A program made the translations under genes and the position numbers. Below are positions 8,741 through 18,131 of a DNA stretch of 22,605 bases, one piece after another. The notes under the pieces were generated by a model. The model searched no databases, was not told the origin of the DNA, and saw only the letters and a program-made list of their open reading frames with translations. The stretch is from an uncultured delta proteobacterium (GTDB taxonomy: Bacteria > Desulfobacterota > Binatia > HRBIN30 > BPIQ01): assembly GCA_963761335.1 (NCBI GenBank), contig CAVXGR010000003.1:1-22605 (forward strand). The letters run 5' to 3'. Each line of letters starts with the position of its first letter. The stretch's first letter is position 1.

Positions 8741-11700
8741 TCAGAGAGCCCAGTGGATCGGTGCGCGGACGTCCGGAACGTAGACGCAGAAGGCGCCGGT
8801 CTTGATGGTGGACTCGAGGTAGTGCCCGAGGATGGGGTTGCGGGCGGCGATCCGCTTGGTCACCGACCGGATCGCGCGGGTGACGTTGAGTCGGGCACGT
8901 TCGCCCGCGCTCGACGCCGTACGATCGCGGCCTTGCAGGCCCAGGGCGCGCGCCAGCTCGCGGGAGAGGAACTCGATCTCGCGCCGCAACGCCGCGGCGC
9001 GCTCGATATCGTTGAAGCTGCTCGCCTCGTCGAGCTGCTCGCGCAGGTGGACGAGCCTCTGCTTGTAAGCTGCCCGGGCCTGCACATCGAGCAACGGCTC
9101 GCCTCGCTCGGGATCGGTACTCACGCGCAGGCCGAGCTGCTCGATGTCGTTGGCGCTCATACCGCCGCCGGCGACTCCGCCCGCGGTCCCCGGATAGGCG
9201 TCGGCGGCGAGATCGAGAGCGTGAAACTCTCGCCCCGGCTGCCGCAACAGACAGGCGATGTAGCGCAAACCCTTGGTGTCCTTGAGGCGGAGGAGAGAGC
9301 CGCCGTAGCCGACGGCCCAGTACTCGCCCTCGAGACGGAAGACGCCGGCATGAGAGTCGCTCTCCACCGCGGGCTCGGAGTCCATGGCCGCGCCGATTCC
9401 CGCCGGAGTCACTTTCTGCGGCGCCACTGCCAGCCCGCGCTTGGCGGGAAAGCTCAAGACTCTTCCTCTTCGGCCGCGTTTCCCCGGCGATGCCTGCTCT
9501 TTTTCGCTGTCGGCGCCGGTGATCACGCGGGCCTGCGCACCACCGCCGTAGGCCCGCGCCCGCCGGCTTTCGGGATCGGAGGGCGCCGGCGTGGCGGCGG
9601 CTTGCGAGATCAAGGCGCGCGCCCGGGTCGCGGTCGGCGGCATGCCCAGCGATTCGGCTACCGCCAGCGCCTGGGAGGCGAGATCGCGCCCGCGCCGGCC
9701 ATCGCCGGGGGCATTGCGGCAGAGCAGCATGCGGGCAAAGTCGCACCGCACCAGGGCGAGGGCGGGCCCGCCCTCCATCGCCTCGATTCTCTCGAGCGCC
9801 GCCTCGAAGCACCGTTCGGCTTCGGCGAAGTCTTTCAGCACCGTGGCCAGAACGGCGAGGGCGTGCCAGGCGGGTCCGAAGCAGACGCGCATGCCGAAGG
9901 AGACGTTGCGATGCTCGCCGTAGCGGAGCAGCTGCTCGCGCAAGAGGGCGGCGCGACGAGCGTCGTCGAGATAGGCGCAGACCTGGCTCAGCCAGGGGAT
10001 CAGTGCCTCGAGGGAATTGACGCGCGCCAGATGCGCAAAATCGTTGGCGGCCAGCAGCTCGAGCTCTGCCCGGGCTTGCTCGCGCCGATCCAGATCCATG
10101 CACACGAGCGCCCGCATGCAGCGCACCGCCGGCAGGTGCGGCAGCTGGGCAACGGCGGCTTCAACGAAGGGCTCGAGGACGTCGTAGCGTCCTTGCAGGC
10201 GGTGGAGGACGAAGAGCTGCGCCCGGACGTTGCCGGCGGCATTGGCGTCCTGGACGCGTTCGGCAATTCGCAGGGCCTGCTCGGCAACTGCTTCGACCTC
10301 GGCGAAGCGCCCCCGCCACAGCGCCAGCATGGCGCGGAGGTTGGCGGCCCCGCAGAGGTAACGCGGCTGCCGCAGATCCTCAGCGAGCCGCGTGCATTTG
10401 GCCACCTCTTGCTCCCAGCTCCCGGTGGCCCCCATCTCGACCAGATCGAGCAGGCGCCAGGTCTGAGATTGAATCGCCATGTCGCCGTCGCGCGCCTGCT
10501 CGGCCAGGCGCAGCGCCTCGTCGGCCACCGCCAGTCTCTCGGCGACGTCGGGTGAGATCCATAGGGCGAAGTGACGGGCGTTGACGGCGTAGGCGAGGGT
10601 CGCCGGGTCACCGAGCCGGTGGGCGATGTCGACGGCCTCCTTGCTCAGCTCGGCGCGTCGTTGGACGGCATCGGAGAAGTAGAGCTCGACCGCGAGCCGG
10701 GCGAGCACCAGGGCGCGCAAGCGGCTGTCCCGCCGTTCGAGCCGTCGCAGGGCTTCCTCGAGCAGCTTCACCAGTGCGTGATCGACCACGCCGCCCACCG
10801 GCAGGCCGAGCCCGGCGCCGCCGAAGCCGAGCGCGGCGCGCGCGAAGGCCTCTCGGGCATCCAGCCTTCTGGCGATCTCGGCGGCGGCGGAAAGGGTGGC
10901 GCGGGAGTCGGCGGTGTGCCAGGCGCACGCCTGTGCTTCGCCGAGGGCCAGCAGCAGGTCGAGGCGCTCGGATTCCCGCGGCGACTCCCGCAGCGCCAGC
11001 ACCTGGAGCGCCTGCTCGTACCAGTGGGCAGCCTCCTCGTGGGCCAACAGCGTCGCGGCCTGGCGGCCGGCGCGCACGGCATAGGTAATGGCCCGCTCGA
11101 CTCCACCGCCCGCCGCGGCCTGCAGGAGGTGATGGGCAACCTCGGTCAGGACCGATTCCGGATGATCGCCGTGGACAACCTCGAGGGCTTCGGCCACCCG
11201 CGCGTGCAGCTCGACCCGCTGGGACAGGGGCAAATCCTCGTACAGGGTCTCGCGAATCAACGCGTGGGTGAAGCTGTAACGCCCGAGCTCGCTCGGCAGC
11301 CTGGTGACGATGCCCGCTGCGGCGGCCTCGGTGACGGCATCGAGCAAATCCGCGGGCGCCAGCGAGCTCGTTCTCTGCAGGCAGGCGAGCTCGAAGTCGC
11401 GGCCGACGACGGCGGCAATCTCGAGCGCCCGGTGACAGCGCGCCGAGAGCGGGCGCAGGCGCTCCCGGGTAGCCTCGCGAACTCCGTGCGGTATGCGCAG
11501 CCCCGAGAGCTCGGTGCGCCCCTCGGAGACCAAGAGCCGCACGATCTCGTCGACAAAGAAGGGGTTGCCGTCGGTGGCGCGATACACGGTGGCCACCATG
11601 CCCGGCGACGGCTTCAGCCCGAAGACGCGCTCCATGAAGTGGCGTACGTCCTCCTCCGACCAGCCGCCGAGCGGCAGGCGGCTGCCGTTGCGGGCGATGG

Positions 11701-12346
11701 TCCCGAGAATCTTCCCGAGCTCCGGTTGCCGCTGCACCTCGACGTCGCGATAGGTGCCGATCACCAGGACGCGGGCAGCCACCAGCTCGCGTGCCAGGAA
11801 CTGCAGCAGCAGTAGGGACGGCTCGTCGGCGGCCTGAAGATCGTCGAGGATCAGCACCAGGGGCTGCGCGCCCGCGACGTTCTTGAGAAAGGTGACCGCG
11901 GCGTCGAAGAGGGGAAAGCGCGCGTGCTCGGAGTCGATCGGCGAGGGCGCCGGTGACTGTGGCAGGCCGGGCAGGGTCTCGCGCAGCTCGGGAAGCAGCT
12001 GCGCCAGACGGGCTGCTCCCGATCCGAGATGACGGCGAAGCGCCGCGGCATCGAGCCCGGGCAGCAGCGCGCGGATCGCCTGGATCCAGGGCCAGTAGGC
12101 CGGGGCGCCGCCGCCTTCCCAACAACGTCCCCACAGGACCAGCGCGCCGCTCCCGGCCGCCGCCGCCGCCAGCTCCTCGGCCAGTCGCGTCTTGCCGATA
12201 CCGGGCTCGCCAGCCACGAGGAACAGCCGGCCGCGACCGCCCGCCGCGTCGAGCAGCCCCGCGCGTAGCTCGCCGAGCTCGCGCTCGCGGCCCACGAACA
12301 ATCGCGCCGTCCGCGGCCCGGAGCACCCGCCACTGTCGCGCGTCAC
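8741..12346 (-). CDS. Large STAND-type ATP-binding regulator: AAA_16 ATPase, TPR-like helical repeats and a C-terminal putative winged-helix domain (~1200 aa)
   Basis: FVGREREL, Walker A GEPGIGKT, Walker B LVLILDDLQAAD, TDGNPFF, YSFTHALIRETLY, then helical repeats. GTG start at 12346 with GAGGGA upstream. Confidence 0.88.
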   Translation of the reverse strand: MTRDSGGCSGPRTARLFVGRERELGELRAGLLDAAGGRGRLFLVAGEPGIGKTRLAEELAAAAAGSGALVLWGRCWEGGGAPAYWPWIQAIRALLPGLDAAALRRHLGSGAARLAQLLPELRETLPGLPQSPAPSPIDSEHARFPLFDAAVTFLKNVAGAQPLVLILDDLQAADEPSLLLLQFLARELVAARVLVIGTYRDVEVQRQPELGKILGTIARNGSRLPLGGWSEEDVRHFMERVFGLKPSPGMVATVYRATDGNPFFVDEIVRLLVSEGRTELSGLRIPHGVREATRERLRPLSARCHRALEIAAVVGRDFELACLQRTSSLAPADLLDAVTEAAAAGIVTRLPSELGRYSFTHALIRETLYEDLPLSQRVELHARVAEALEVVHGDHPESVLTEVAHHLLQAAAGGGVERAITYAVRAGRQAATLLAHEEAAHWYEQALQVLALRESPRESERLDLLLALGEAQACAWHTADSRATLSAAAEIARRLDAREAFARAALGFGGAGLGLPVGGVVDHALVKLLEEALRRLERRDSRLRALVLARLAVELYFSDAVQRRAELSKEAVDIAHRLGDPATLAYAVNARHFALWISPDVAERLAVADEALRLAEQARDGDMAIQSQTWRLLDLVEMGATGSWEQEVAKCTRLAEDLRQPRYLCGAANLRAMLALWRGRFAEVEAVAEQALRIAERVQDANAAGNVRAQLFVLHRLQGRYDVLEPFVEAAVAQLPHLPAVRCMRALVCMDLDRREQARAELELLAANDFAHLARVNSLEALIPWLSQVCAYLDDARRAALLREQLLRYGEHRNVSFGMRVCFGPAWHALAVLATVLKDFAEAERCFEAALERIEAMEGGPALALVRCDFARMLLCRNAPGDGRRGRDLASQALAVAESLGMPPTATRARALISQAAATPAPSDPESRRARAYGGGAQARVITGADSEKEQASPGKRGRRGRVLSFPAKRGLAVAPQKVTPAGIGAAMDSEPAVESDSHAGVFRLEGEYWAVGYGGSLLRLKDTKGLRYIACLLRQPGREFHALDLAADAYPGTAGGVAGGGMSANDIEQLGLRVSTDPERGEPLLDVQARAAYKQRLVHLREQLDEASSFNDIERAAALRREIEFLSRELARALGLQGRDRTASSAGERARLNVTRAIRSVTKRIAARNPILGHYLESTIKTGAFCVYVPDVRAPIHWAL

Positions 12347-12447
12347 TGCTGTTCGTCCCTCGTTTCCTCTGACGGGCCGGCGCACCCGTCCGTGCTTAGG
12401 TGCCTACATCGCACCCGCGGGTCAAGCGGGAACCCGCCGCCGTGGCG

Positions 12448-13788
12448 TCAAAAGAGCGCTGCCGCCGCCGCGACCAAGTCGGCATCGCCAATCGCGCCGT
12501 CGCCGTTGATGTCTCTGCCGCCACAGGTTCCCATGTCCTGCGTGCCAATTGCCCGGACGATCGCCAGCAGGTCGGCGACAGTCACTCGGCCGTCGCAGTT
12601 GGCGTCCGCCGGTGGCTCAGGAAAGATCGTGACGGTCAGCTGCGCCGTGCCGTCCCCCTGATAGCGGGAGGCGAGGGCGTTCCACACACCCGGCCGCGGG
12701 TTCACGACTTCGCAGAATCCAAAGGGGCTGCCGTTCTCGTCGGCGCAGTCGTAGTCCGTGCTCGTGGGCGGGCGCAGCGCGGCGAGATACAGATCGAAGT
12801 CGTTGTCCACGAGCCCGACAGTGCTCTCGAGCTGCCCATTGAGCGCGACGCGAAGGAGTCTGGCTCCGGAGGGTACGGTGAACGCCAGGCGCAGCTCCGG
12901 GCTCGCGTCAGCGAGCACCGCCGCCTGGCTGAGCACCGTTGCCCCGTCAGCGCCGGCGACGGGCAGGTCCCCGCAGGCCTGCTCGCCGACACCCGGCTGC
13001 GCCAAGACCCACCCGCGGTGCACGAAGACGTCGGTATCGAAGGCCTCGTCGGGAGGCTGGCAGCTGCTGCGCTGGCGTCCGGAAGTGACCCCGGCGATGA
13101 CCGGGCCCGCACCGGTGTCGATGAAGAGCGGACCGCCAGAGTCGCCGTCGCAGATGGTGGACTCACTGCCGGTGAACTGCCAGCAGAGGTTCGCCTGGTC
13201 CGGCACGAAGCCGCCGCAGGGGGCGGTGCTGATCTTGCCTTGGCGCTCGACGCCATAGTCGCCGGGAGCAAAGCGGCCGCCGCCCGTGCTGCCGAAGCCG
13301 ACGATGGTTCCGGAGCTGCCGGCGGCCGGGCGGGCACTCGTATTGACGGACGAGGGGGTAACCCGCGTGACCGGCGAAGCGAGGTGGACAACGGCGAGGT
13401 CGCCCCCGACGGCGAAGGAGAACGACGGGTGATAGGTGACACCATCGACGTCGAAAAAGCCGGCGCTCGGGAAGAAGACGCGCAGCGTGCGAAGATCCTC
13501 CAGGCCCTGCTGCTGGCAGGCAGCCGCGTCCTCCGCATCGCCGGCGCAGACGCAATGAGCGGCGGTGAGAAAGGTCCGGCACCCCACCAGAGTGCCGGAG
13601 CACAGGGTGTCGAGAACGGTCTGATTCGGATCGTCGTAGAACAGCAGTGCCCCGACGCTCGGGTAAGCCGCGGTCTCCCTGCCGTTCACGATTCGCGGTG
13701 ACTGCGCCCCGGACGCACTTGTCGGCAGCACGACCAAGAAGATGGACACCGCCAGTGCCCTCACGCGAATCGCTCTCGACGTCGGCAT
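12448..13788 (-). CDS. Secreted S1 (trypsin-fold) serine protease with PPC-like domain and C-terminal dockerin-like domain, 446 aa
   Basis: Signal peptide, activation site PR-IVNG, triad motifs LTAAHC, GDLAVV and GDSGGP. PPC-like LRVAL..DFDLYL..PGVW segment. Paired DxNxDG motifs (DANCDGRV, DINGDGAI). The position-189 equivalent is Thr, so specificity is probably not trypsin-like. Confidence 0.92.
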   Translation of the reverse strand: MPTSRAIRVRALAVSIFLVVLPTSASGAQSPRIVNGRETAAYPSVGALLFYDDPNQTVLDTLCSGTLVGCRTFLTAAHCVCAGDAEDAAACQQQGLEDLRTLRVFFPSAGFFDVDGVTYHPSFSFAVGGDLAVVHLASPVTRVTPSSVNTSARPAAGSSGTIVGFGSTGGGRFAPGDYGVERQGKISTAPCGGFVPDQANLCWQFTGSESTICDGDSGGPLFIDTGAGPVIAGVTSGRQRSSCQPPDEAFDTDVFVHRGWVLAQPGVGEQACGDLPVAGADGATVLSQAAVLADASPELRLAFTVPSGARLLRVALNGQLESTVGLVDNDFDLYLAALRPPTSTDYDCADENGSPFGFCEVVNPRPGVWNALASRYQGDGTAQLTVTIFPEPPADANCDGRVTVADLLAIVRAIGTQDMGTCGGRDINGDGAIGDADLVAAAAALF

Positions 13789-13935
13789 TCGACCTTCATC
13801 ACGTGGGTAACTTTCCCACACGTGACCCGATGTCCCACATCGGCTGGTGGAAAGCAACGACGAACGCTGCTGCGGAGAAACGGAGGCCGCTTTCTCACCC
13901 TCCAAGCGGGCAGATCTCCGCGGCCCGCAGTCATC

Positions 13936-13975
13936 AAAAAAATTGTTGCGCCTGGCAAAACAGCCGAGATAGAGT
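13936..13975 (+). promoter_or_regulatory. Probable sigma70 promoter with upstream A-tract for the B12 radical SAM gene
   Basis: A7 tract (13936-13942), TTGCGC (13946-13951), 18 nt, TAGAGT (13970-13975). Confidence 0.4.
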
Positions 13976-14049
13976 CGTGGCTCTTAGCGGACTTTTTGAG
14001 GGGCGTCACTCGCCTCGGATCGCAACTTTGTCACGGATGGAGCCTCATG

Positions 14050-15822
14050 ATGCAGGCGAGTCGCGATGTACGGGTACTGCGCACCATTTTGATCGCGCCG
14101 TCACGGTACGATGGCCGCCGGGTAGCGGTGTTTCGTTGGGGAATGGGCCCCAACGGCGCGCTCGGCGCGCTGGCGGGTCTCGCCGAGGACTACAACCGGC
14201 GCCACGCCGGGGGCTCACAGATCGACTACGAGTTCTTCGACGAGTACGTGCGCCGCGCCGTCACCCCGAAGCTTCTGCGCCGCTGGCGCGACGCCGCAGT
14301 CGCCCGGGGACAACGGTTCGTCATCATGCTCTGCGGGGTGCAGACATCGACGTATGCGCGCGCCCGCGACATTGCCCTGATGGCGCGCCGCGAGGACATC
14401 GAGGTGATCGCCGGAGGTGTTCACCTCTCCGGCCACGGCCCCTCGGTGGACTTCCTGGTTTCCTGCGGCGTTCACGTGGCCATTGGCGAGGTCGAGCCGA
14501 TCTGGGACGAGATCATCGGCGACGCTCTGGAGGGGCGACTGCAGAGCCTCTACCGGATCGCCAAGCACCAGGGCATCGAGGTCAAGACGGCGACCTCCTA
14601 CATGACGGCCCCCGACATCACCGAGGTGCCGTATCCGCACATCCCGCGGCGTCACTCGCGCCGCTACGTCAATCCGTGGCAGCTGTCGATCGACGGCTCG
14701 CGCGGCTGTCCCTTTCTCTGCACCTTCTGCGTCGTCAAGAACGTCTTCGGGCGCACCGTCAGAAGTCGCGACCCCGCGCGCCTCGCGGCTTGGATGGTCG
14801 AGCGCGTCCGGCGCGACGGCATCCGCGCCTTCTGGTTCACCGACGACAACTTCGCCCGCAACGCGCGCCACACCGAGCTGCTCGAGCAGCTGGCCGCCGC
14901 ACGCGCCCAGGGGTTGGAGTTCTCCCTGTCGCTGATTCTCGACGTCGAGGCCACCTGCTATGCCGACGATCCGTCGGAGCGCGGCGAGCGGACGCGCCGC
15001 TTCCTCGAGCTCTGCAAGGCCGCCGGCGTCGCGCACGTCTACATCGGCCTGGAGAGCACCAACGACGCCGTTCTCCGGGAGATGCGCAAGGGGGTCAACC
15101 GCGACCGCGACGAGATCCATGGCGCCGGCGGTGATGCCGGCGCCGAGCTGGCTCGCCAGCGGCTGGTGAAGCGCTATCGCACCGCCGTCGGTGCCTGGCA
15201 CAGCATCGGGGCGGCGGTGGAGTGCGGCTACATTCTCGGCTTCGAGGCCGATGCCCGAGGAGCCGGCGCGCAGGCGGCGCGCGACATGGTCGAGATCGGC
15301 GTCGACATCACCGCCTTCTACCTGCTCGCCCCGCTTCCCGGCTCCGAAGACTATGCCCGCGCCGTCGCCGAGGGCAGTCTGATCACCGAAGACGTCAACG
15401 AGTACTTCCGCGACCGGGCGATGATGAAGCATCCAATCCTGAGCCCGGCGGAGCTGGAAGAGGAGTTCAGAGCCGCCGTGCAGCTGTTCTGGAGCTGGCC
15501 GAACCTGGCGCGGAGGATCGGCGCAAATGTTCTCGGCCTCGGCGGTAAGCGCGCCCGCACTCCCTGGAGCTACTTGAAACGGCAGCTCGGCTGCAAGCTG
15601 ATGGTGGACACCGGCATGCTCACCTACATCGGCGCCGGCCTGATGCGCCGCCGCAAGGGACTCTGCGGAAGTCGCGAGGTCATTGGCGACGAGGACGCCC
15701 GCCATCACTACCTGGGCGGCGCCACGGTGGCGTCGCCGCTTCCGGCGATCCTGCGGGACGACACGCAGATGGAGTCGCTGCCGGTGCTGATGCGCCAAAG
15801 CACGGAAGCTGCCCGCATCTAG
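14050..15822 (+). CDS. Cobalamin (B12)-binding radical SAM protein (class B methylase-like), ~590 aa
   Basis: N-terminal B12-binding-like fold (VIAGGVH, VAIGEVE), SRGCPFLCTFC, FTDDNF, YIGLES, YILGF, LAPLPGS. GGAG RBS 7 nt before the ATG at 14050 (14047 is an alternative start). Confidence 0.88.
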   Translation: MQASRDVRVLRTILIAPSRYDGRRVAVFRWGMGPNGALGALAGLAEDYNRRHAGGSQIDYEFFDEYVRRAVTPKLLRRWRDAAVARGQRFVIMLCGVQTSTYARARDIALMARREDIEVIAGGVHLSGHGPSVDFLVSCGVHVAIGEVEPIWDEIIGDALEGRLQSLYRIAKHQGIEVKTATSYMTAPDITEVPYPHIPRRHSRRYVNPWQLSIDGSRGCPFLCTFCVVKNVFGRTVRSRDPARLAAWMVERVRRDGIRAFWFTDDNFARNARHTELLEQLAAARAQGLEFSLSLILDVEATCYADDPSERGERTRRFLELCKAAGVAHVYIGLESTNDAVLREMRKGVNRDRDEIHGAGGDAGAELARQRLVKRYRTAVGAWHSIGAAVECGYILGFEADARGAGAQAARDMVEIGVDITAFYLLAPLPGSEDYARAVAEGSLITEDVNEYFRDRAMMKHPILSPAELEEEFRAAVQLFWSWPNLARRIGANVLGLGGKRARTPWSYLKRQLGCKLMVDTGMLTYIGAGLMRRRKGLCGSREVIGDEDARHHYLGGATVASPLPAILRDDTQMESLPVLMRQSTEAARI

Positions 15823-15868
15823 TCCGGGGTCACTCTCGCTCGGCGCCGGGTCTCAGTCAATCGATTCC

Positions 15869-15897
15869 TTGCTTTCCCCACAGGCCGTGGCTACGGT
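15869..15897 (+). promoter_or_regulatory. Probable sigma70 promoter giving a leaderless transcript
   Basis: TTGCTT (15869-15874), 17 nt, TACGGT (15892-15897), then 6 nt to the ATG at 15904; no SD. Confidence 0.45.
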
Positions 15898-15903
15898 GCG
15901 GCG

Positions 15904-18042
15904 ATGAGGCGCCGCCGGCGGTCCCGGGTCTCCATCGCCGGGGCCCTGCTGTTTGCGGCTGCCTCGCCGGGAGCCGCGCACGCCGACCTTTGCGCCTTCG
16001 TCAGCAACGCCGCCGACAACTCGGTTTCGGTGGTGGACGTCGCCAGCGGCACGGTGACCAAGACCATCCGCGTCGGCCGGCGGCCGGCAGCGGTCACCGC
16101 GACACCGGACGGGCAGCTGCTCTACGTCGGCAATGCCGATGATCCCGACGAAGAGGTCGACCACATGCCCGGCGTGCGCGATACGCTGTCGGTCATCGAC
16201 ACGGGCAGTGGGCGCACTCTGGACATGGTCGAGGTGGGCCGCAGCCCGCACGGGATCGCCGTCACTCCCGATGGCCACCACGTCTTCGAGGCCGATACCT
16301 TTCAGGGCACCGTCTCGGTGATCGACACCGGTAACAGCGAGGTGGTGCAGACGCTGCCCGCGGGGGGAGCGCCGGTGTTCCCGGCGATCAGCCCCGACGG
16401 CAGCCGCTGCTACGTCGGCGACAGCCAGGGCGGCAACGTGCGCGTGATCGACACCGCGTCGTACCAGACGCTGAAGACGATCGCGATCACGGGTGGCCCG
16501 AGCGGGATCGCCTTCCACCCCGACGGCAGCAGGGCATATGTCGCCGCCATCGGCGCCGACGCCGTCGACGTGATCGACACCGGGTCTCTGCAGGTGGTGG
16601 GCTCGGTGGAGAACGAGTCGCACCCCTTCGCCATGGCGGTCGCATCGGGGCGCCAGACGCTGTACGTCGGCCTTCTGGGAACCGCACAGGTCGGTGCCAT
16701 CGACATGCACAGCGATACGGGCATCGGCACGATCGACGTCGGCACGCCCGGCGACTTTCCCTTTTTTGCCGCGATCAGTCCGGACGAGAGGCGCCTCTAC
16801 GTGGTCCTCCGCTTCGCCGACAGTGTCGCCGTCGTCGACCTCGACACGCAGCAACGCATCGGCTCCTTCGCGACCGGCCGCGAGCCCCGCGGCATCGCCG
16901 TCGTCGACCTCGACGGCCCCTGCCCTGGCGACCGTCTTCCCGACCTATGGTCGGCGGCCACCCCGCTCTCGTCGCGGCGGCAGGAGATCGCCGGCGTCGA
17001 GCTGGGCGGTTACGTCTACGCCGTGAGCGGTCTCGCCGGCGCCTCGCAGGCGGCGGCGCAACCGCTCGCCTCGGTGGAGCGCTACGACCCGGAGCGCGAC
17101 CAATGGGAGATGGTGGCACCGCTGCCGACGCCTCTGCACCATCCCGCCGCCGCCGCCGTCGGCGGCAGGCTCTACGTCATCGGCGGCTTCGAGACGAGCG
17201 CCTTCACGGCCGTGGACTCGGTATACGCCTACGATCCTACCGCCGACCATTGGGAGAGCCGGGCGCCGCTCCCGGCGCCGCGCGGCGCCGAGACTGCGGC
17301 GGTGATCGACGGCCGCATCTACGTCGCCGGCGGCCTGCGCGGCAGCTCCGTCGACGACTTCGCCGTCTACGACCCCGCGGCCAACCAGTGGACTTCACTG
17401 CCACCGATGCCGACCGCCCGCGATCATCTCGGATCGGGGGTGATTGGGGGGATCTTCTACGCCGCCGGCGGCCGCACCGCGGGCGATCTGACCGGCGTCG
17501 TCGAGGCGTACGACCCGTCGACGGGAGCCTGGCGGAGCAACCTGGCGCCCATGCCCGAGCCGCGCGCCGCCGTGGCCGCGGCCGTCGCCGCCAGCCGCCT
17601 CTTCGTCTTCGGCGGCGAGGGAAACCCGGCGCGCAGCGACGGAACCTTCCCGCAGGTCGAGGCCTACAACCCGCGCGCCGACCTGTGGGAGAGCTTTCCG
17701 AACATGCGCTGGCCCCGCCACGGCTCGGCCGCGGTGGCGCTTGGCCGCCGGGTCGCGGTTCTCGCCGGGGGCTCCATCGAGGGGTTTGGCCCCACTGCGG
17801 GAAACGAGGTCTTCACCCTTCCGGGCACGTCGTGTGCCGGCGATTGCCACGGCGATGGACAGGTCGGCGTCACGGAGGTGGGCACCGCCGTGGCCGCGAT
17901 GTTCTCCGCCTACTCCGACCCGGCGTGCCCCGAGGTCGCCTTTGACACGAACGGCGACGGCAGAGTCACCGCCGCTGAGCTCTTGGCAACCGTCATCAGC
18001 ACCGGCGGCTGCGCCGGCCCGGGGCGGACTGGTCCTCGTTGA
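15904..18042 (+). CDS. Secreted protein: YVTN/YncE-type beta-propeller, Kelch beta-propeller and C-terminal dockerin-like domain, 712 aa
   Basis: Signal peptide ending AHA. About 7 repeats of P.G.A.(T/S)PDG...YV....(N/D).VSVID. Six Kelch repeats (GG..Y.P...W...AP[L/M]). Tail CAGDCHGDGQV...DTNGDGRVTAAELL...GGC. Confidence 0.9.
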   Translation: MRRRRRSRVSIAGALLFAAASPGAAHADLCAFVSNAADNSVSVVDVASGTVTKTIRVGRRPAAVTATPDGQLLYVGNADDPDEEVDHMPGVRDTLSVIDTGSGRTLDMVEVGRSPHGIAVTPDGHHVFEADTFQGTVSVIDTGNSEVVQTLPAGGAPVFPAISPDGSRCYVGDSQGGNVRVIDTASYQTLKTIAITGGPSGIAFHPDGSRAYVAAIGADAVDVIDTGSLQVVGSVENESHPFAMAVASGRQTLYVGLLGTAQVGAIDMHSDTGIGTIDVGTPGDFPFFAAISPDERRLYVVLRFADSVAVVDLDTQQRIGSFATGREPRGIAVVDLDGPCPGDRLPDLWSAATPLSSRRQEIAGVELGGYVYAVSGLAGASQAAAQPLASVERYDPERDQWEMVAPLPTPLHHPAAAAVGGRLYVIGGFETSAFTAVDSVYAYDPTADHWESRAPLPAPRGAETAAVIDGRIYVAGGLRGSSVDDFAVYDPAANQWTSLPPMPTARDHLGSGVIGGIFYAAGGRTAGDLTGVVEAYDPSTGAWRSNLAPMPEPRAAVAAAVAASRLFVFGGEGNPARSDGTFPQVEAYNPRADLWESFPNMRWPRHGSAAVALGRRVAVLAGGSIEGFGPTAGNEVFTLPGTSCAGDCHGDGQVGVTEVGTAVAAMFSAYSDPACPEVAFDTNGDGRVTAAELLATVISTGGCAGPGRTGPR

Positions 18043-18131
18043 TACCGCCCCCGTCTTTTCCTCGAAGGCCACCAAACGCCGCCGTGGCCGGGACGCGCCC
18101 CGTGGTCTCAGTGGTGCAAGTGCCGGTGAGG

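Noticed and set aside
8714..15798. Long overlapping or antisense ORFs such as 8714..10555, 10608..12326, 12400..13701 and 14215..15798
   Set aside because: These are shadow frames expected in high-GC DNA with few stops. They have no motifs and overlap well-supported genes.
16826..16914. 20-nt direct repeat TCGCCGTCGTCGACCTCGAC occurring twice
   Set aside because: It encodes AVVDLD in neighbouring propeller strands, so it is a coding repeat and not a CRISPR repeat or att site.
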